Notes: generated by a model not told the origin, from the letters alone. A stretch of 32,000 bases of DNA from Buchnera aphidicola (Neophyllaphis podocarpi) (GCF_964059055.1 NZ_OZ060386.1:270001-302000), one strand, 5' to 3'. Shown: positions 18,357 through 29,694, numbered from the stretch's first letter. Made by a program: numbers and translations.

Positions 18357-19108
18357 AAAATAATTATTCCAAATATTAAATTATAACTTAAAATATATCC
18401 ATTATTATTTTTTGGCCAATTACTTTCTAAAAAAATTATATCTTTTCTAGTCAACATATTTTTTTTTCTATTCTTTTTTATATAATTAGCTCCAGTACAT
18501 TTAATTGATAATAAAGCTTCTTTTATATTAGGAAAAGTTAGCTGAATATATTTTTCATAAATTTTTAGTTTTCCCATTGAACATGAATTAATAATATCTT
18601 TTACAGATAAAAACTCATTTACATGATCAAAATTATCTAATAAACTCCATGTATTTTTTAATTCTAATAAAGAACCATTTCCTATTGTAGAAAATACAAT
18701 TTTACCCCCTAATTTAGTTACTCTATATAATTCTAAAATAGCTTTATTAAAGTCACTACACCATTGTAAAGATAGATTACTCCAACAAATATGAAAAGTA
18801 TTATTTAATAATGGTAAATATTCAATATCACCTTGAATATAATAATTTGCAGTTTTATTTTTTTTTGCTTGATTAAGCATAGATTTTGATAAATCTAAAG
18901 CAACAATAGTGTTACCAATATTTAATAATTTTAAAGAAAAAAAACCAGTACCACATCCTGCATCTAAAATAAATTTATTTTTAGGAATTTTAATTTTTGA
19001 CATTAAAATTTTACCACTGATTTTTTGTAATATTGCATACTTTTCATATTTATTTGCCGCTTTATTAAAAGAACTTCCTATTTTTTTTTTATACATATCT
19101 ATACTCAA
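18353..19108 (-). CDS. bioC: Malonyl-[ACP] O-methyltransferase
   Basis: 251 aa, colinear with E. coli BioC (FNKAANKYEKYAILQ, SAM motif ILDAGCGTGFFS, WSNLSLQWC, ELYRV). The start is either ATG 19108 or ATG 19096 (MYKKK). Either start overlaps the bioF 3' end. Confidence 0.92.
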   Translation of the reverse strand: MSIDMYKKKIGSSFNKAANKYEKYAILQKISGKILMSKIKIPKNKFILDAGCGTGFFSLKLLNIGNTIVALDLSKSMLNQAKKNKTANYYIQGDIEYLPLLNNTFHICWSNLSLQWCSDFNKAILELYRVTKLGGKIVFSTIGNGSLLELKNTWSLLDNFDHVNEFLSVKDIINSCSMGKLKIYEKYIQLTFPNIKEALLSIKCTGANYIKKNRKKNMLTRKDIIFLESNWPKNNNGYILSYNLIFGIIIL

Positions 19109-20240
19109 ACAATTTATCTAGAAGATAATCTAAATCTTTTCTTTTATGCATAGAATTTATAGTAATACGTAATCTAGATGTTCCAGGAGGTACTGTAGGT
19201 GGTCTAATAGCTTTTATCCATAACTTATTTGATTTCAAATAGTTTGATAAATGCAGTGTATTATGATTCTTTCCAATTATTATTGGTTGAATTGCCGAGT
19301 TAGATTTTAATAATTTAAATGATGAATTTTTTATACCTAATTTAAAATATTTTATGTTTTTATTTAATTTTTGTCTAAGATGATCTCCTTTTTTAATAAA
19401 TTTCAAAGATTGAAGGATAGCATAAGCTTGTGCTGATGGCATTGCTGTGCTATAAATTATTTTTTTAGAAAATTGTAATAAAAATTCTCTAATATTTATA
19501 CTAGATAATACAGCAGCTCCTCCTATTCCAAAAGCTTTACCAAAAGTTATAATTAAAATATCAGGTAATATATTTGCTTTATAACAACTACCTCTACCTT
19601 TATCTCCAATTATACCTATACCATGAGCATCATCCACTAATAATAAACTTCCAAGTTCTTTTGACAATTTATATATATCTGTTAATGGAGCAGAGTCACC
19701 ATCCATGCTAAAAATTCCTTCTGTAACAATCAATGTTTTATTATATTTTTTATTATATATTTTTCTTAAATTATATAAATTATTATGAAGAAATCTATTA
19801 AATTTAGCCTTACTTTTGTATGCGGCTTCTATAATTGAAGCATGAGATAATTTATCCGCTAATATTTGATCATTTTTATTAAATAAAGTTGTAATTACAG
19901 ATTGATTAGCAGAAAAACCAGACGAAAAAAGAACAGCAGATTCATAACCTAACCATTTAGATAATTCATTTTCTAAAAGTTTATGTGATCTACTATATCC
20001 TGTAATATGTGTAGAACTACATGAACTTAATCCATAATATTTTATTCCTTTTATAAATGAATTAATGATATTTTTATCATGACTTAATCCTAAGTAATCA
20101 TTACTTGAAAAATTTAAATAACTTGTATTGTTTATATTAATAAATCTAGGATTGCTATTATCTATAGCAACTCTATTTTTTATTTTGTTATTTATATAAA
20201 TATTTTTGATAGAAGATTTTATATATTTTTTTAAAATCAT
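19089..20240 (-). CDS. bioF: 8-amino-7-oxononanoate synthase
   Basis: 383 aa. It is an alpha-oxoamine synthase fold with colinear blocks (NFSSNDYLGLS, GFSANQSVI, SMDGDSAPL, VDDAHGIG) and the PLP-lysine block TFGKAFGIGGAAV. The start overlaps the bioB stop by 1 nt (TAATG). Confidence 0.94.
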   Translation of the reverse strand: MILKKYIKSSIKNIYINNKIKNRVAIDNSNPRFININNTSYLNFSSNDYLGLSHDKNIINSFIKGIKYYGLSSCSSTHITGYSRSHKLLENELSKWLGYESAVLFSSGFSANQSVITTLFNKNDQILADKLSHASIIEAAYKSKAKFNRFLHNNLYNLRKIYNKKYNKTLIVTEGIFSMDGDSAPLTDIYKLSKELGSLLLVDDAHGIGIIGDKGRGSCYKANILPDILIITFGKAFGIGGAAVLSSINIREFLLQFSKKIIYSTAMPSAQAYAILQSLKFIKKGDHLRQKLNKNIKYFKLGIKNSSFKLLKSNSAIQPIIIGKNHNTLHLSNYLKSNKLWIKAIRPPTVPPGTSRLRITINSMHKRKDLDYLLDKLFEYRYV

Positions 20241-21265
20241 TACAATTCTGCATTATAATATTGTAGACTGAAATCATTTTTTTTGTTCATAATATTATTA
20301 ATTTCTTTATTTAGATTAGAGTCTATTTTTTTTTCTGAAGTTAAACCTAACTTTTTAAATAAAACTAAATCAGTATTTTTATCAGGATTTGAAGCAGTTA
20401 AAAGTTTACAACCATAAAATAAAGAATTTGCTCCAGCCATAAAACACATAGCTTGAGTTTGTTCATTCATATTTTCGCGACCTGCAGATAAACGAATATA
20501 TGAATTAGGCATCATAATTCTAGTTATTGCAATCATTCTAATAAAATCAAATGGGTCAACATCATCGTTATTCTCCATAGGTGTTCCCTTGATTTTTACC
20601 AACATATTAATAGGTATACTTTCTGGTGGTTTAGGTAATTTTGATAGTTCTAGTAATAATTTTGCTCTATCATTAATATTTTCACCTAAACCTATAATAC
20701 CACCAGAGCAAATTTTTATTCCTGAATTTCTAATTATGTTTAAAGTATTTAGTCTATCTTCATATGTTCTTGTAGATATTATTTTAGAATAAAATTCAGG
20801 AGATGTATCTAAATTATGATTATAGAAATCTAAACCAGCATTAGCAAGTTTTTTAGCTTGTTTTACAGTTAAAGAACCTAAAGTCATACAAGTCTCCATA
20901 CCCATTTTTTTTATTTCTTTTATGACTGATTCTAAATGAGGTATATCTCTATCATTAGGATTTTTCCATGCTGCACCCATACAAAATCTATCAGATCCAG
21001 AATCTTTAGCTTTTTTTGCTAATTTTAATATATCTTTTAAACCTAATAGTTTTTCTTTTTTAATATTAGTTTTATATCTAGAACTTTGAGGACAATATTT
21101 ACAATCTTCAGGACAAGATCCTGTTTTAATAGATAACAAAGTACTAATTTGTAATTTATTAGGATTAAAATGTTTTCTATGCACATTCTGTGCTTCAAAT
21201 ATAATTTCTAAAAAAGGTTTTTCAAATAATTTTATAATCTTATTTATAGTCCATACATATTTCAT
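20240..21265 (-). CDS. bioB: Biotin synthase (radical SAM)
   Basis: 341 aa. It has the radical-SAM cluster motif [13 protein letters not shown] and conserved blocks [29 protein letters not shown] and RLSAGRE. A strong SD (AAGGAG) lies 5-6 nt upstream. Confidence 0.97.
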   Translation of the reverse strand: MKYVWTINKIIKLFEKPFLEIIFEAQNVHRKHFNPNKLQISTLLSIKTGSCPEDCKYCPQSSRYKTNIKKEKLLGLKDILKLAKKAKDSGSDRFCMGAAWKNPNDRDIPHLESVIKEIKKMGMETCMTLGSLTVKQAKKLANAGLDFYNHNLDTSPEFYSKIISTRTYEDRLNTLNIIRNSGIKICSGGIIGLGENINDRAKLLLELSKLPKPPESIPINMLVKIKGTPMENNDDVDPFDFIRMIAITRIMMPNSYIRLSAGRENMNEQTQAMCFMAGANSLFYGCKLLTASNPDKNTDLVLFKKLGLTSEKKIDSNLNKEINNIMNKKNDFSLQYYNAEL

Positions 21266-21306
21266 ATATTCTCCTTTTTTGTTTTTATTTAAAATAAAGT
21301 GTATAG

Positions 21307-21339
21307 TTATAAATTAAATCTTTTTGTTTATATTTACAA
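21307..21339. promoter_or_regulatory. bioO-like imperfect palindrome in the bioB/bioA divergent region (tentative BirA operator relic)
   Basis: The sequence is TTATAAA-N19-TTTACAA, and the half-sites are reverse complements at 6 of 7 positions. The 34 nt ending at 21339 match the E. coli bio operator as I recall it (TTGTAAACCTAAATCTTTTCAATTTGGTTTACAA, bioA-ward orientation) at 22 of 34 positions ungapped. That includes the central TAAATCTTTT and the right half-site TTTACAA. The spacer is 82 bp, similar to E. coli. Confidence 0.3.
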
Positions 21340-21347
21340 TACTAGTT

Positions 21348-22643
21348 ATGAATAATTATGATACTAATTTTGATTTAAAACACATTTGGCATCCGTATTC
21401 TTCTATGTGTAATCCTATTACCGCTTATCCGGTAATATCTGCTAAAAAGATATACTTAAAATTATCTAATGGAAAAAGAATTATTGACGGAATGTCTTCA
21501 TGGTGGTCTGCTATACATGGATATAATAATCCTATATTAAATAGAGCTCTAAAAAAACAAATCAATAAAATGTCACATGTTATGTTTGGAGGGATAACAC
21601 ATCCTCCAGCTATAGCATTATGTAAAAACTTAATCTTATTAACCCCTAAAGAACTTGAATGTATATTTCTCGCTGATTCTGGTTCTGTAGCTATTGAAGT
21701 ATCTATGAAAATGGCTTTTCAATACTGGCAATCATTAGGTTTTGTAAAAAAAGTTTTTCTTACAATTAAAAATGGATATCATGGAGATACTTTTGCCGCT
21801 ATGTCGGTTTGTGATCCAAAAAAATCTATGCATAATATTTATAATAATTGGTTACCAAAACATTTATTTGCTAAATCTCCTAAGTCTAAATTTGGAAAAA
21901 AATGGCTATCTGAAGATATAAATTCATTTTATGCTTTGTTAAAAGAAAATCATAAAATAATAGCAGGAATTATATTAGAACCAATAGTACAAGGCGTAGG
22001 AGGTATGAACTTTTATCATCCTAATTATTTATATGAAGTTAGATTATTAGCTAATTCTTACAAAATACCGTTAATTATAGATGAAATTGCAACAGGTTTT
22101 GGAAGAACTGGAAAATTATTTGCATATGAATATGCAAATATTGTACCAGATATATTATGTTTAGGTAAATCTATAACTGGTGGTACAATGACACTTTCTG
22201 CTGTAATTTCTACAAGACATATAGCTGAAGTTATAAGTCAAGGAATTTGCAAATGTTTAATGCATGGACCAACTTTTATGGGAAATCCTTTAGCTTGCTC
22301 AGTTGCTAATGAAAATATTAAAATATTAAAAAAAAATCATTGGCAAAAACAAGTTAAAAATATTGAAAAACAATTAATTTATAGTTTATTACCATTAAAC
22401 TCTCATGAAAAAGTATATGACGTAAGAGTTTTGGGTGCTATAGGTGTTGTTGAATGTAAATATATTATTAACATAAAAAAAATACAAAAATTTTTTGTTT
22501 CTCAGGGTGTATGGATAAGACCATTTAAAAATCTTATATATATTACTCCTCCTTATATAATAGATAAAAAGTCTTTAAAAAAACTTACTAATGCTATTAT
22601 TTTATCTTTAAATTACAATGATTTTTTTTATATAAATTTATAA
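21348..22643 (+). CDS. bioA: Adenosylmethionine-8-amino-7-oxononanoate aminotransferase
   Basis: The track ORF opens at TTG 21324. Homology begins at ATG 21348 (MNNYDTNFDLKHIWHPYSSM vs E. coli MTTDDLAFDQRHIWHPYTSM), giving 431 aa versus 429. DGMSSWWSAIHGYN, IIDEIATGFGRTGKLFA and LCLGKSITGG (PLP lysine) are conserved. Confidence 0.96.
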   Translation: MNNYDTNFDLKHIWHPYSSMCNPITAYPVISAKKIYLKLSNGKRIIDGMSSWWSAIHGYNNPILNRALKKQINKMSHVMFGGITHPPAIALCKNLILLTPKELECIFLADSGSVAIEVSMKMAFQYWQSLGFVKKVFLTIKNGYHGDTFAAMSVCDPKKSMHNIYNNWLPKHLFAKSPKSKFGKKWLSEDINSFYALLKENHKIIAGIILEPIVQGVGGMNFYHPNYLYEVRLLANSYKIPLIIDEIATGFGRTGKLFAYEYANIVPDILCLGKSITGGTMTLSAVISTRHIAEVISQGICKCLMHGPTFMGNPLACSVANENIKILKKNHWQKQVKNIEKQLIYSLLPLNSHEKVYDVRVLGAIGVVECKYIINIKKIQKFFVSQGVWIRPFKNLIYITPPYIIDKKSLKKLTNAIILSLNYNDFFYINL

Positions 22644-22679
22644 ATATTTTAATTATTTTTATTTAAAAACTGAAATAGT

Positions 22680-23678
22680 TTAATTGTTATTTAATTTATA
22701 TATCAATACCCAAATAGGTCTCTTACCAACTTTAAAGTCCATTAAAAACTTTAGATAACCATTATTAGCAATTTTATATATTGTTATTTTGTTAGAAATT
22801 TCTCCTGCAACAATTAAATATTTATCGTAGTAGTCTATATAAAATGATCTAGGTTGAATTTCTGTTCTATAATTTTTAATATTAAAAATTTCTCCATCTA
22901 AATTGACTTTAAATAAAGATATAATATTATGCATACGATCTGTTGTATATAAATATTTACCTGAAGTTGTTATATGTATATCTGCAGACCAAAAATTATT
23001 TTTTGAATTTATATAATTAATATTTATAGATTTTAAAAAATTTAATGTATTTAAATTTAAATCTATTTTCCAAACATCAATATTTCCTGTTAGTTCATTA
23101 ATACTATACATAATATTTATGTTTGGATGAATAACAATATGACGAGGACCACTGTTTTTTGAAGTTTTTATAATAAAATGTTTTTTTAAAACAATTTTTT
23201 GATTATTAACAAATTTATACAAATTTATTGAATCATCTTTTAATGACGTTACACACAAAAAATTATTTTTACCAACTACTTTAGAAAAATGACAACCATT
23301 AATATTATTAATAATTTGTACATTATTTTTTGGAATACCTTTGTCATCCAGTGAAATTATTATTAAACAATTGCCATGATAAGAACTACAAAATAAATAT
23401 TTATTATAAAAATCAGAAGAAATATGATTTATACTATTTGTAATATAAATTTTACTAATTTTTTTTAATGTACCATTACTGCCAATTTTAAAAAACAAAA
23501 TATGAAAATTAGGTCTTATGCCTGCATATAAAATTTTATATTTTTTTATTACTTTTAGCGGTTGTATTTGACCATGAACTTCAATTGTTTGAATTAAATT
23601 TAATATTTTTTTATCATTAATTGATATCACTTGAATTTGTTTGCTATCTGAATTTGCAACATAAACAACTTGTTTCAT
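22680..23678 (-). CDS. pgl: 6-phosphogluconolactonase (YbhE/Pgl beta-propeller type)
   Basis: 332 aa. MKQVVYVANSDSKQIQV matches E. coli Pgl MKQTVYIASPESQQIHV. GPRHIVIHPN, NELTGNIDVW and WSADIHITTSGKYLYTTDR are colinear with E. coli. Confidence 0.93.
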   Translation of the reverse strand: MKQVVYVANSDSKQIQVISINDKKILNLIQTIEVHGQIQPLKVIKKYKILYAGIRPNFHILFFKIGSNGTLKKISKIYITNSINHISSDFYNKYLFCSSYHGNCLIIISLDDKGIPKNNVQIINNINGCHFSKVVGKNNFLCVTSLKDDSINLYKFVNNQKIVLKKHFIIKTSKNSGPRHIVIHPNINIMYSINELTGNIDVWKIDLNLNTLNFLKSININYINSKNNFWSADIHITTSGKYLYTTDRMHNIISLFKVNLDGEIFNIKNYRTEIQPRSFYIDYYDKYLIVAGEISNKITIYKIANNGYLKFLMDFKVGKRPIWVLIYKLNNN

Positions 23679-25142
23679 ATATCCTCATAGTATTTTTATA
23701 TCAAATATTATTTTTTATTAAAAACATCAAAATTGTTTAAATAAAAATATATATTTTCATATATTTTAGCATGCTTAGCATTAGATATTTTATTATAATA
23801 TGTTTAATGAAACTAATAAATTTTCAGTTAATCAAGAATTATTATAAATACATTATATAATTTTATATTTAATTTTTACATAGCAAAACAATTATTTTAA
23901 GTTAAATAACTATGATTTTAATCAAAAAAAGATCCAAGTACTATAAATAGTGTTTTATGAAACATAAAAATAATCACTTTTTTAATTAATAATAAAAATT
24001 AATATTAAAATAATTTTTTTATAATATAAAATTTATATAATGCAACTATGATTCAAAAATTTAGGCTGTAATTTTATAATATAATATAGATTAATTTAGA
24101 TTATATAATAATTCTATATAAGTTAACAAAATTGTTAATAGATACCTCAGTAATATAATTTTTAATTTTAATATATAAAATAGTTCTAAAGTTAGACTTC
24201 TAAAAAGCAACATTAATTATTAAAAATAATTATTAAAATAAAATGTTAATAAACCAAAAACTATATCTTTAGTTAATAATACTATTAAAAAAAATTTTGT
24301 AGAAAAGAATAAATTATAAAATATTAATTTAATTAAATATATTAAAAATATAGAATAAATTTAATAAATTATAGATAAAAAATTCAAATAAAATATTTGT
24401 ATCAGGTAAATAAAAAATTATGATTTTTTTCAGTTATATAAAATATAAAAGAAAATATTTATATTAATATAGATAAGATATATTTTAAAATTCTAGAAAT
24501 ATAATAGTGTTCAGTTCTGAATAGAATAATTTGCACATATTTATTGAAGTAAATAATATACATGAAAATTAATTTTTTTAAATTAGTTAATATTTATAGT
24601 TTATATTAGAAATAATAAATTTTTATAAAAATATTGATTATTATAGCAATTTTTTTAATTATTTCAAAACATTTTATAGTTTTAATATCTAAATTACTTA
24701 TTTTATTTCATATTATTTATCTTTAGCAATTACTGAAAATAAAATATATATAGTAAGATTTAATAATAGTTTTGGTTTAAATCTATAGGTTAATTTTTTA
24801 AAAATATTAAATATTATTAATTGATTATTTATTTTTAATACTATTTTATATTTTTTAATAAAAATCAAAAAAATAAAATTTAGTAAACTAAAATACTTTT
24901 TAAGACTATTATAATTATTAAAATATTTAAAATATTTTATAAATATTGACTAAAAATATCTTAGATATTTTTTATTTGTATTAATTTATTTGATAATTAT
25001 GGTCATAATCAATTATTATAATAATAAAAAAAATAATTCATAAATAAATTTTTTAAATTTATATTTATAACTAATAAAATAAACTTTATTTAAAATAAAT
25101 AATATTAATATATAAATTTAAAACAATTCATTTTACATATAA

Positions 25143-26156
<1,014 letters not shown>

Positions 26157-26170
26157 AAGTTTAATTTTAC

Positions 26171-26223
26171 ATAAAATTATACTATATCTTGTTATATATT
26201 TAAAGATATAGTATATATTTTAT
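26171..26223. terminator. A/T-rich dyad between convergent gapA and fldA; candidate bidirectional terminator
   Basis: 13-bp stem TATACTATATCTT (26178-26190) / AAGATATAGTATA (26203-26215) with a 12-nt loop. The outer 7 bp ATAAAAT (26171-26177) / ATTTTAT (26217-26223) pair across a 1-nt bulge. It starts 15 nt after the gapA stop. Confidence 0.4.
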
Positions 26224-26355
26224 GAATAATTTTTAAATTCTTTAAATTTTAATTTTATAAAAATATTTTACTATTATTTTTTACAGTAAAATTTTTTCAA
26301 AAAATTTAGAAAATTATAGTTTTTATCACAAAAAAATATGATTTGATTAAAATCA

Positions 26356-26868
26356 TCAAAGATCAAATTCCTTTTTGATTTGTTGTGTCCAAAGTTTTAT
26401 TCTTTTGTTAGTTAATTCTGGCTGTCTATCTTCATCAATGGCTAAACCAGCAAAATAATTTTTATTTATAGCTGCTTTAGAACTATGAAACTTATAACCT
26501 ATAGTAGGCCAAAATCCAAATATATTTGCTTGTTTTTCCTTGAGAATTTTAAATACTATTCCAATTGCATCACAAAAGTATTCAGAATAATCTTCTTGAT
26601 CACCACAACCAAATAATGCTATTTTTTTATTTTTAAAATCTATTTCTTTTATTATAGGTAAAAAATCATCCCAATCACATTGTATTTCTCCATAATACCA
26701 AGTTGGGATACCTAATATTAATTTATTAAATTTTTCTATTGTTTCTTTTTTTGTTCTAGCAATATCATGTACTTCAACAATATTATTACCTAAATATTCC
26801 CCGATAATTTTAGCTGCATTTTCTGTATTACCAGTATCACTTCCAAAAAATATTCCTATTTTTTTCAT
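26356..26868 (-). CDS. fldA: Flavodoxin 1
   Basis: 170 aa. [55 protein letters not shown] and [13 protein letters not shown] are near-identical to E. coli FldA. Confidence 0.97.
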   Translation of the reverse strand: MKKIGIFFGSDTGNTENAAKIIGEYLGNNIVEVHDIARTKKETIEKFNKLILGIPTWYYGEIQCDWDDFLPIIKEIDFKNKKIALFGCGDQEDYSEYFCDAIGIVFKILKEKQANIFGFWPTIGYKFHSSKAAINKNYFAGLAIDEDRQPELTNKRIKLWTQQIKKEFDL

Positions 26869-27150
26869 AATATATTTTTATAATTAGATTTTATTTTTAT
26901 TTTAATAATAAATGTTTTACAAAGCAATATTTCATATTATTATATTATCAATATCATACAAATTAATTTTTAAATTTAGTTTATATTTCTATAAAAAACT
27001 TTTTAATATCTTAATAATTCTTCAAATAACATTTAAACTAATATATTTTAAATAAAACTAATCTTAAATTTTAATCTTATAAAAAATTTAACTTTCAATC
27101 AAACATTAAAATATAAAAAGTTAAATAAAAAAATTAATGGTTAATTACAT

Positions 27151-28587
27151 ATGACAATACATCTAATGTGGTTTAGAAATGATTTAAGATTAAATGATAA
27201 TAAGGCATTATATGAAGCTTGTAGAAATCAAAATGCAATAATAAAAGCTATTTATATAGCTACACCTCAAAAATGGAAAAAAAAATTTTTATCTCCTAAA
27301 AAAGCATACTTTATTTATAGAAACCTGATAGAACTAAAAAAAGAACTAATTAAAAAAGGAATATTTTTATATTATTTATGTCTAGATAGTAATATTAAAA
27401 TAAATTCTATTTTAGTAGATTTTTGTAAAAAAGAATCTATTACTCATCTATTTTATAATTATCAATATGAATATGATGAATTAAAACAAGATAATTCAAT
27501 AAAGGAAACTTTAAATAATATTAACATACAAGTAACTGGGTTCCATGGATGCACAATATTAAATCCTGGTTGTATAAAAAATAAAAATAACAAAATGTAT
27601 ACAATATTTACTCATTTTAAAAATAAAGTTTTAAATATACTAAATACACAAAAATTAGTTTGTTTTCCTTCACCTGAACATAGAAAAAATAACATACAAG
27701 AAAATATATTTAATGATATTAAATACTTTAATTATGGTATAGAATATTTTGATGAAACAATATTCCCACCTGGTGAAAAAAAAGCTATAAAAATTTTAAA
27801 AAATTTTTCCAAAAAAAAAATTATTAATTATGGTATTTATAGAAATTTTCCATATATAAATCATACTAGCAAATTATCCGCTTATCTCTCATCGGGTATA
27901 ATTTCCGTAAAACAGTGTTTATTTTACCTAAAAAAATATAATAAAAATATTTTTAGTAACAAAAATGTTTTATTATGGATAAATGAAATAATATGGCGTG
28001 AGTTCTTTAAACACCTATTAGTAGCCTTTCCTTATTTAAGTCAAAACAAAACATTAAATACATGGGAAAAAAAGATAAGTTGGAGTCATAATAGAAATTA
28101 CTTAAATTTATGGAAAACAGGAAATACTGGATATCCAATAATAGATGCAGGAATGAGACAATTAAAAACATTAGGATGGATGCATAATAGAATTCGTATG
28201 ATTTCAGCTAGTTTTTTAGTTAAAAACCTTTTTATTGACTGGAGAGAAGGTCAAAAACATTTTATGTTAAATTTAATTGATGGAGAATTTTCTTCTAATA
28301 ATGGTAATTGGCAGTGGATTGCATCTGTAGGTACAGATAATGTACCCTATATTAGAACTTTTAATCCATTTATTCAAAGTAAAAAATTTGATTCAACAGG
28401 ACAATTTATTAAAAAATATATTCCAGAACTAAAAAATATAAAAACAAAGTATTTGCATGATATTAATTTTTTGATTAAATCTAAAATACCAAATTATCCT
28501 AAACCAATTGTTGAATATAAAAAAACCATTAATAAAAATAAAGAAATATTAGCAAAAATAAAATATAAAACAAAAAATTATGAATAA
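27151..28587 (+). CDS. phrB: Deoxyribodipyrimidine photolyase
   Basis: 478 aa. HLMWFRNDLRLNDNKAL, THLFYNYQYEYDE, TSKLSAYLSSGIIS, WINEIIWREFF, TGYPIIDAGMRQL..GWMHNRIRMISASFLVK and NNGNWQWIAS are colinear with E. coli Phr. Confidence 0.95.
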   Translation: MTIHLMWFRNDLRLNDNKALYEACRNQNAIIKAIYIATPQKWKKKFLSPKKAYFIYRNLIELKKELIKKGIFLYYLCLDSNIKINSILVDFCKKESITHLFYNYQYEYDELKQDNSIKETLNNINIQVTGFHGCTILNPGCIKNKNNKMYTIFTHFKNKVLNILNTQKLVCFPSPEHRKNNIQENIFNDIKYFNYGIEYFDETIFPPGEKKAIKILKNFSKKKIINYGIYRNFPYINHTSKLSAYLSSGIISVKQCLFYLKKYNKNIFSNKNVLLWINEIIWREFFKHLLVAFPYLSQNKTLNTWEKKISWSHNRNYLNLWKTGNTGYPIIDAGMRQLKTLGWMHNRIRMISASFLVKNLFIDWREGQKHFMLNLIDGEFSSNNGNWQWIASVGTDNVPYIRTFNPFIQSKKFDSTGQFIKKYIPELKNIKTKYLHDINFLIKSKIPNYPKPIVEYKKTINKNKEILAKIKYKTKNYE

Positions 28588-29326
28588 TAAAAAATTAGAA
28601 AAAATTATAAATAAAAAACTTAATTCATCTGACTTTAAAGATTTTACTCCAAATGGATTACAAATAGAAGGTGAATATTATATAAAAAAAATTGTTACAG
28701 GTGTAACAGCTTGCAAGGAACTAATTGACCAAGCAATAAATATTAAAGCTAATACAATTATAGTACATCACGGATATTTTTGGAATAATGAAAAACAAAT
28801 TATTACTGGTATGAAAAGGTTAAGACTAAAAAGTATATTAAGTAATAATATAAATTTATATAGCTGGCATTTACCTTTAGATATGAATTTAAAACTAGGA
28901 AATAATATTAAAATAGCTGAACAATTAGGTATAAAATTTAAAAAATGTATAATGAATAAAATATTTATTGGTGAATTTGAAAAAAATATTACAGCACAAG
29001 AATTAAGAGAAAAAATTAAACAAATATATAATCGTAAACCTATTTATTGTGGTTACAAAAGACCTATGTCTAATATCAAAAATTTAGCTTGGTGCAGTGG
29101 AGCAGGACAAAAATACATTAATTTAGCTATAGAAATAGGGGCAGATGCATTTATTACAGGAGAAATTTCTGAACAAACTATGCATTATGCAAAAGAAAAT
29201 AAAATTCATTTTTTTTCAGCAGGACATCATGCAACTGAAATAGAAGGTATTAAATCTTTAGGAAATTGGTTAGTAAAAAAATATAAATTAGATATAAAAT
29301 TCATAAATATATATAATCCAGCATAA
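28580..29326 (+). CDS. ybgI: Nif3-family metal-binding protein YbgI (GTP cyclohydrolase 1 type 2 homologue)
   Basis: 248 aa. It has the typical Nif3/YbgI blocks (PNGLQIEG, VTGVTA, IIVHHGYFW, LYSWHLPLD, GDAFITGE, AGHHATE). The start ATG 28580 overlaps the phrB stop by 8 nt. Confidence 0.9.
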   Translation: MNNKKLEKIINKKLNSSDFKDFTPNGLQIEGEYYIKKIVTGVTACKELIDQAINIKANTIIVHHGYFWNNEKQIITGMKRLRLKSILSNNINLYSWHLPLDMNLKLGNNIKIAEQLGIKFKKCIMNKIFIGEFEKNITAQELREKIKQIYNRKPIYCGYKRPMSNIKNLAWCSGAGQKYINLAIEIGADAFITGEISEQTMHYAKENKIHFFSAGHHATEIEGIKSLGNWLVKKYKLDIKFINIYNPA

Positions 29327-29694
29327 AAACTAGATAATTATTTTTAATAATATTAAAATTAAATAAAAGTTAATTCAAATAAATAAAAATTGTTTGTGTT
29401 TTTTTTGTATAAAATATAAAATAAATTTTAAATTAATTATAAATTAAATAAAAATATATTTACATTATGTAAACGATATTTAATAAAAATATTTATCCTT
29501 TCTACTATAATTTAATCAAAAATAAAATTTTAAAGATTAAATACTTAAATATTTTAATAAATTAAATAAATATTTCAAATCTTAAATATATAAATATCAA
29601 AAATAAAAATAATTTAATATTATTAACTTAATTTAAATTTATTTTGCCATATAAAACATGTTTATTATAAAATTTTTTAAAATTTAATAAAATT

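Noticed and set aside
750-20792. Other track ORFs of 62-105 aa: 750-953(-), 6703-6990(+), 8348-8551(+), 11615-11932(-), 13487-13675(-), 13706-13987(-), 14642-14935(-), 18909-19121(+), 20589-20792(+)
   Set aside because: Each lies wholly antisense within a confidently identified gene (ribA, trpC, trpD, sohB, ispG, ispG, hisS, bioC, bioB). None has an SD or any recognisable similarity. They are shadow ORFs.
29459-29473. 15-bp palindrome TTTACAT-T-ATGTAAA upstream of sucA
   Set aside because: It is too short to stand out in ~90% A/T sequence, its loop is too small for an RNA hairpin, and no known regulator site is recalled that matches it.
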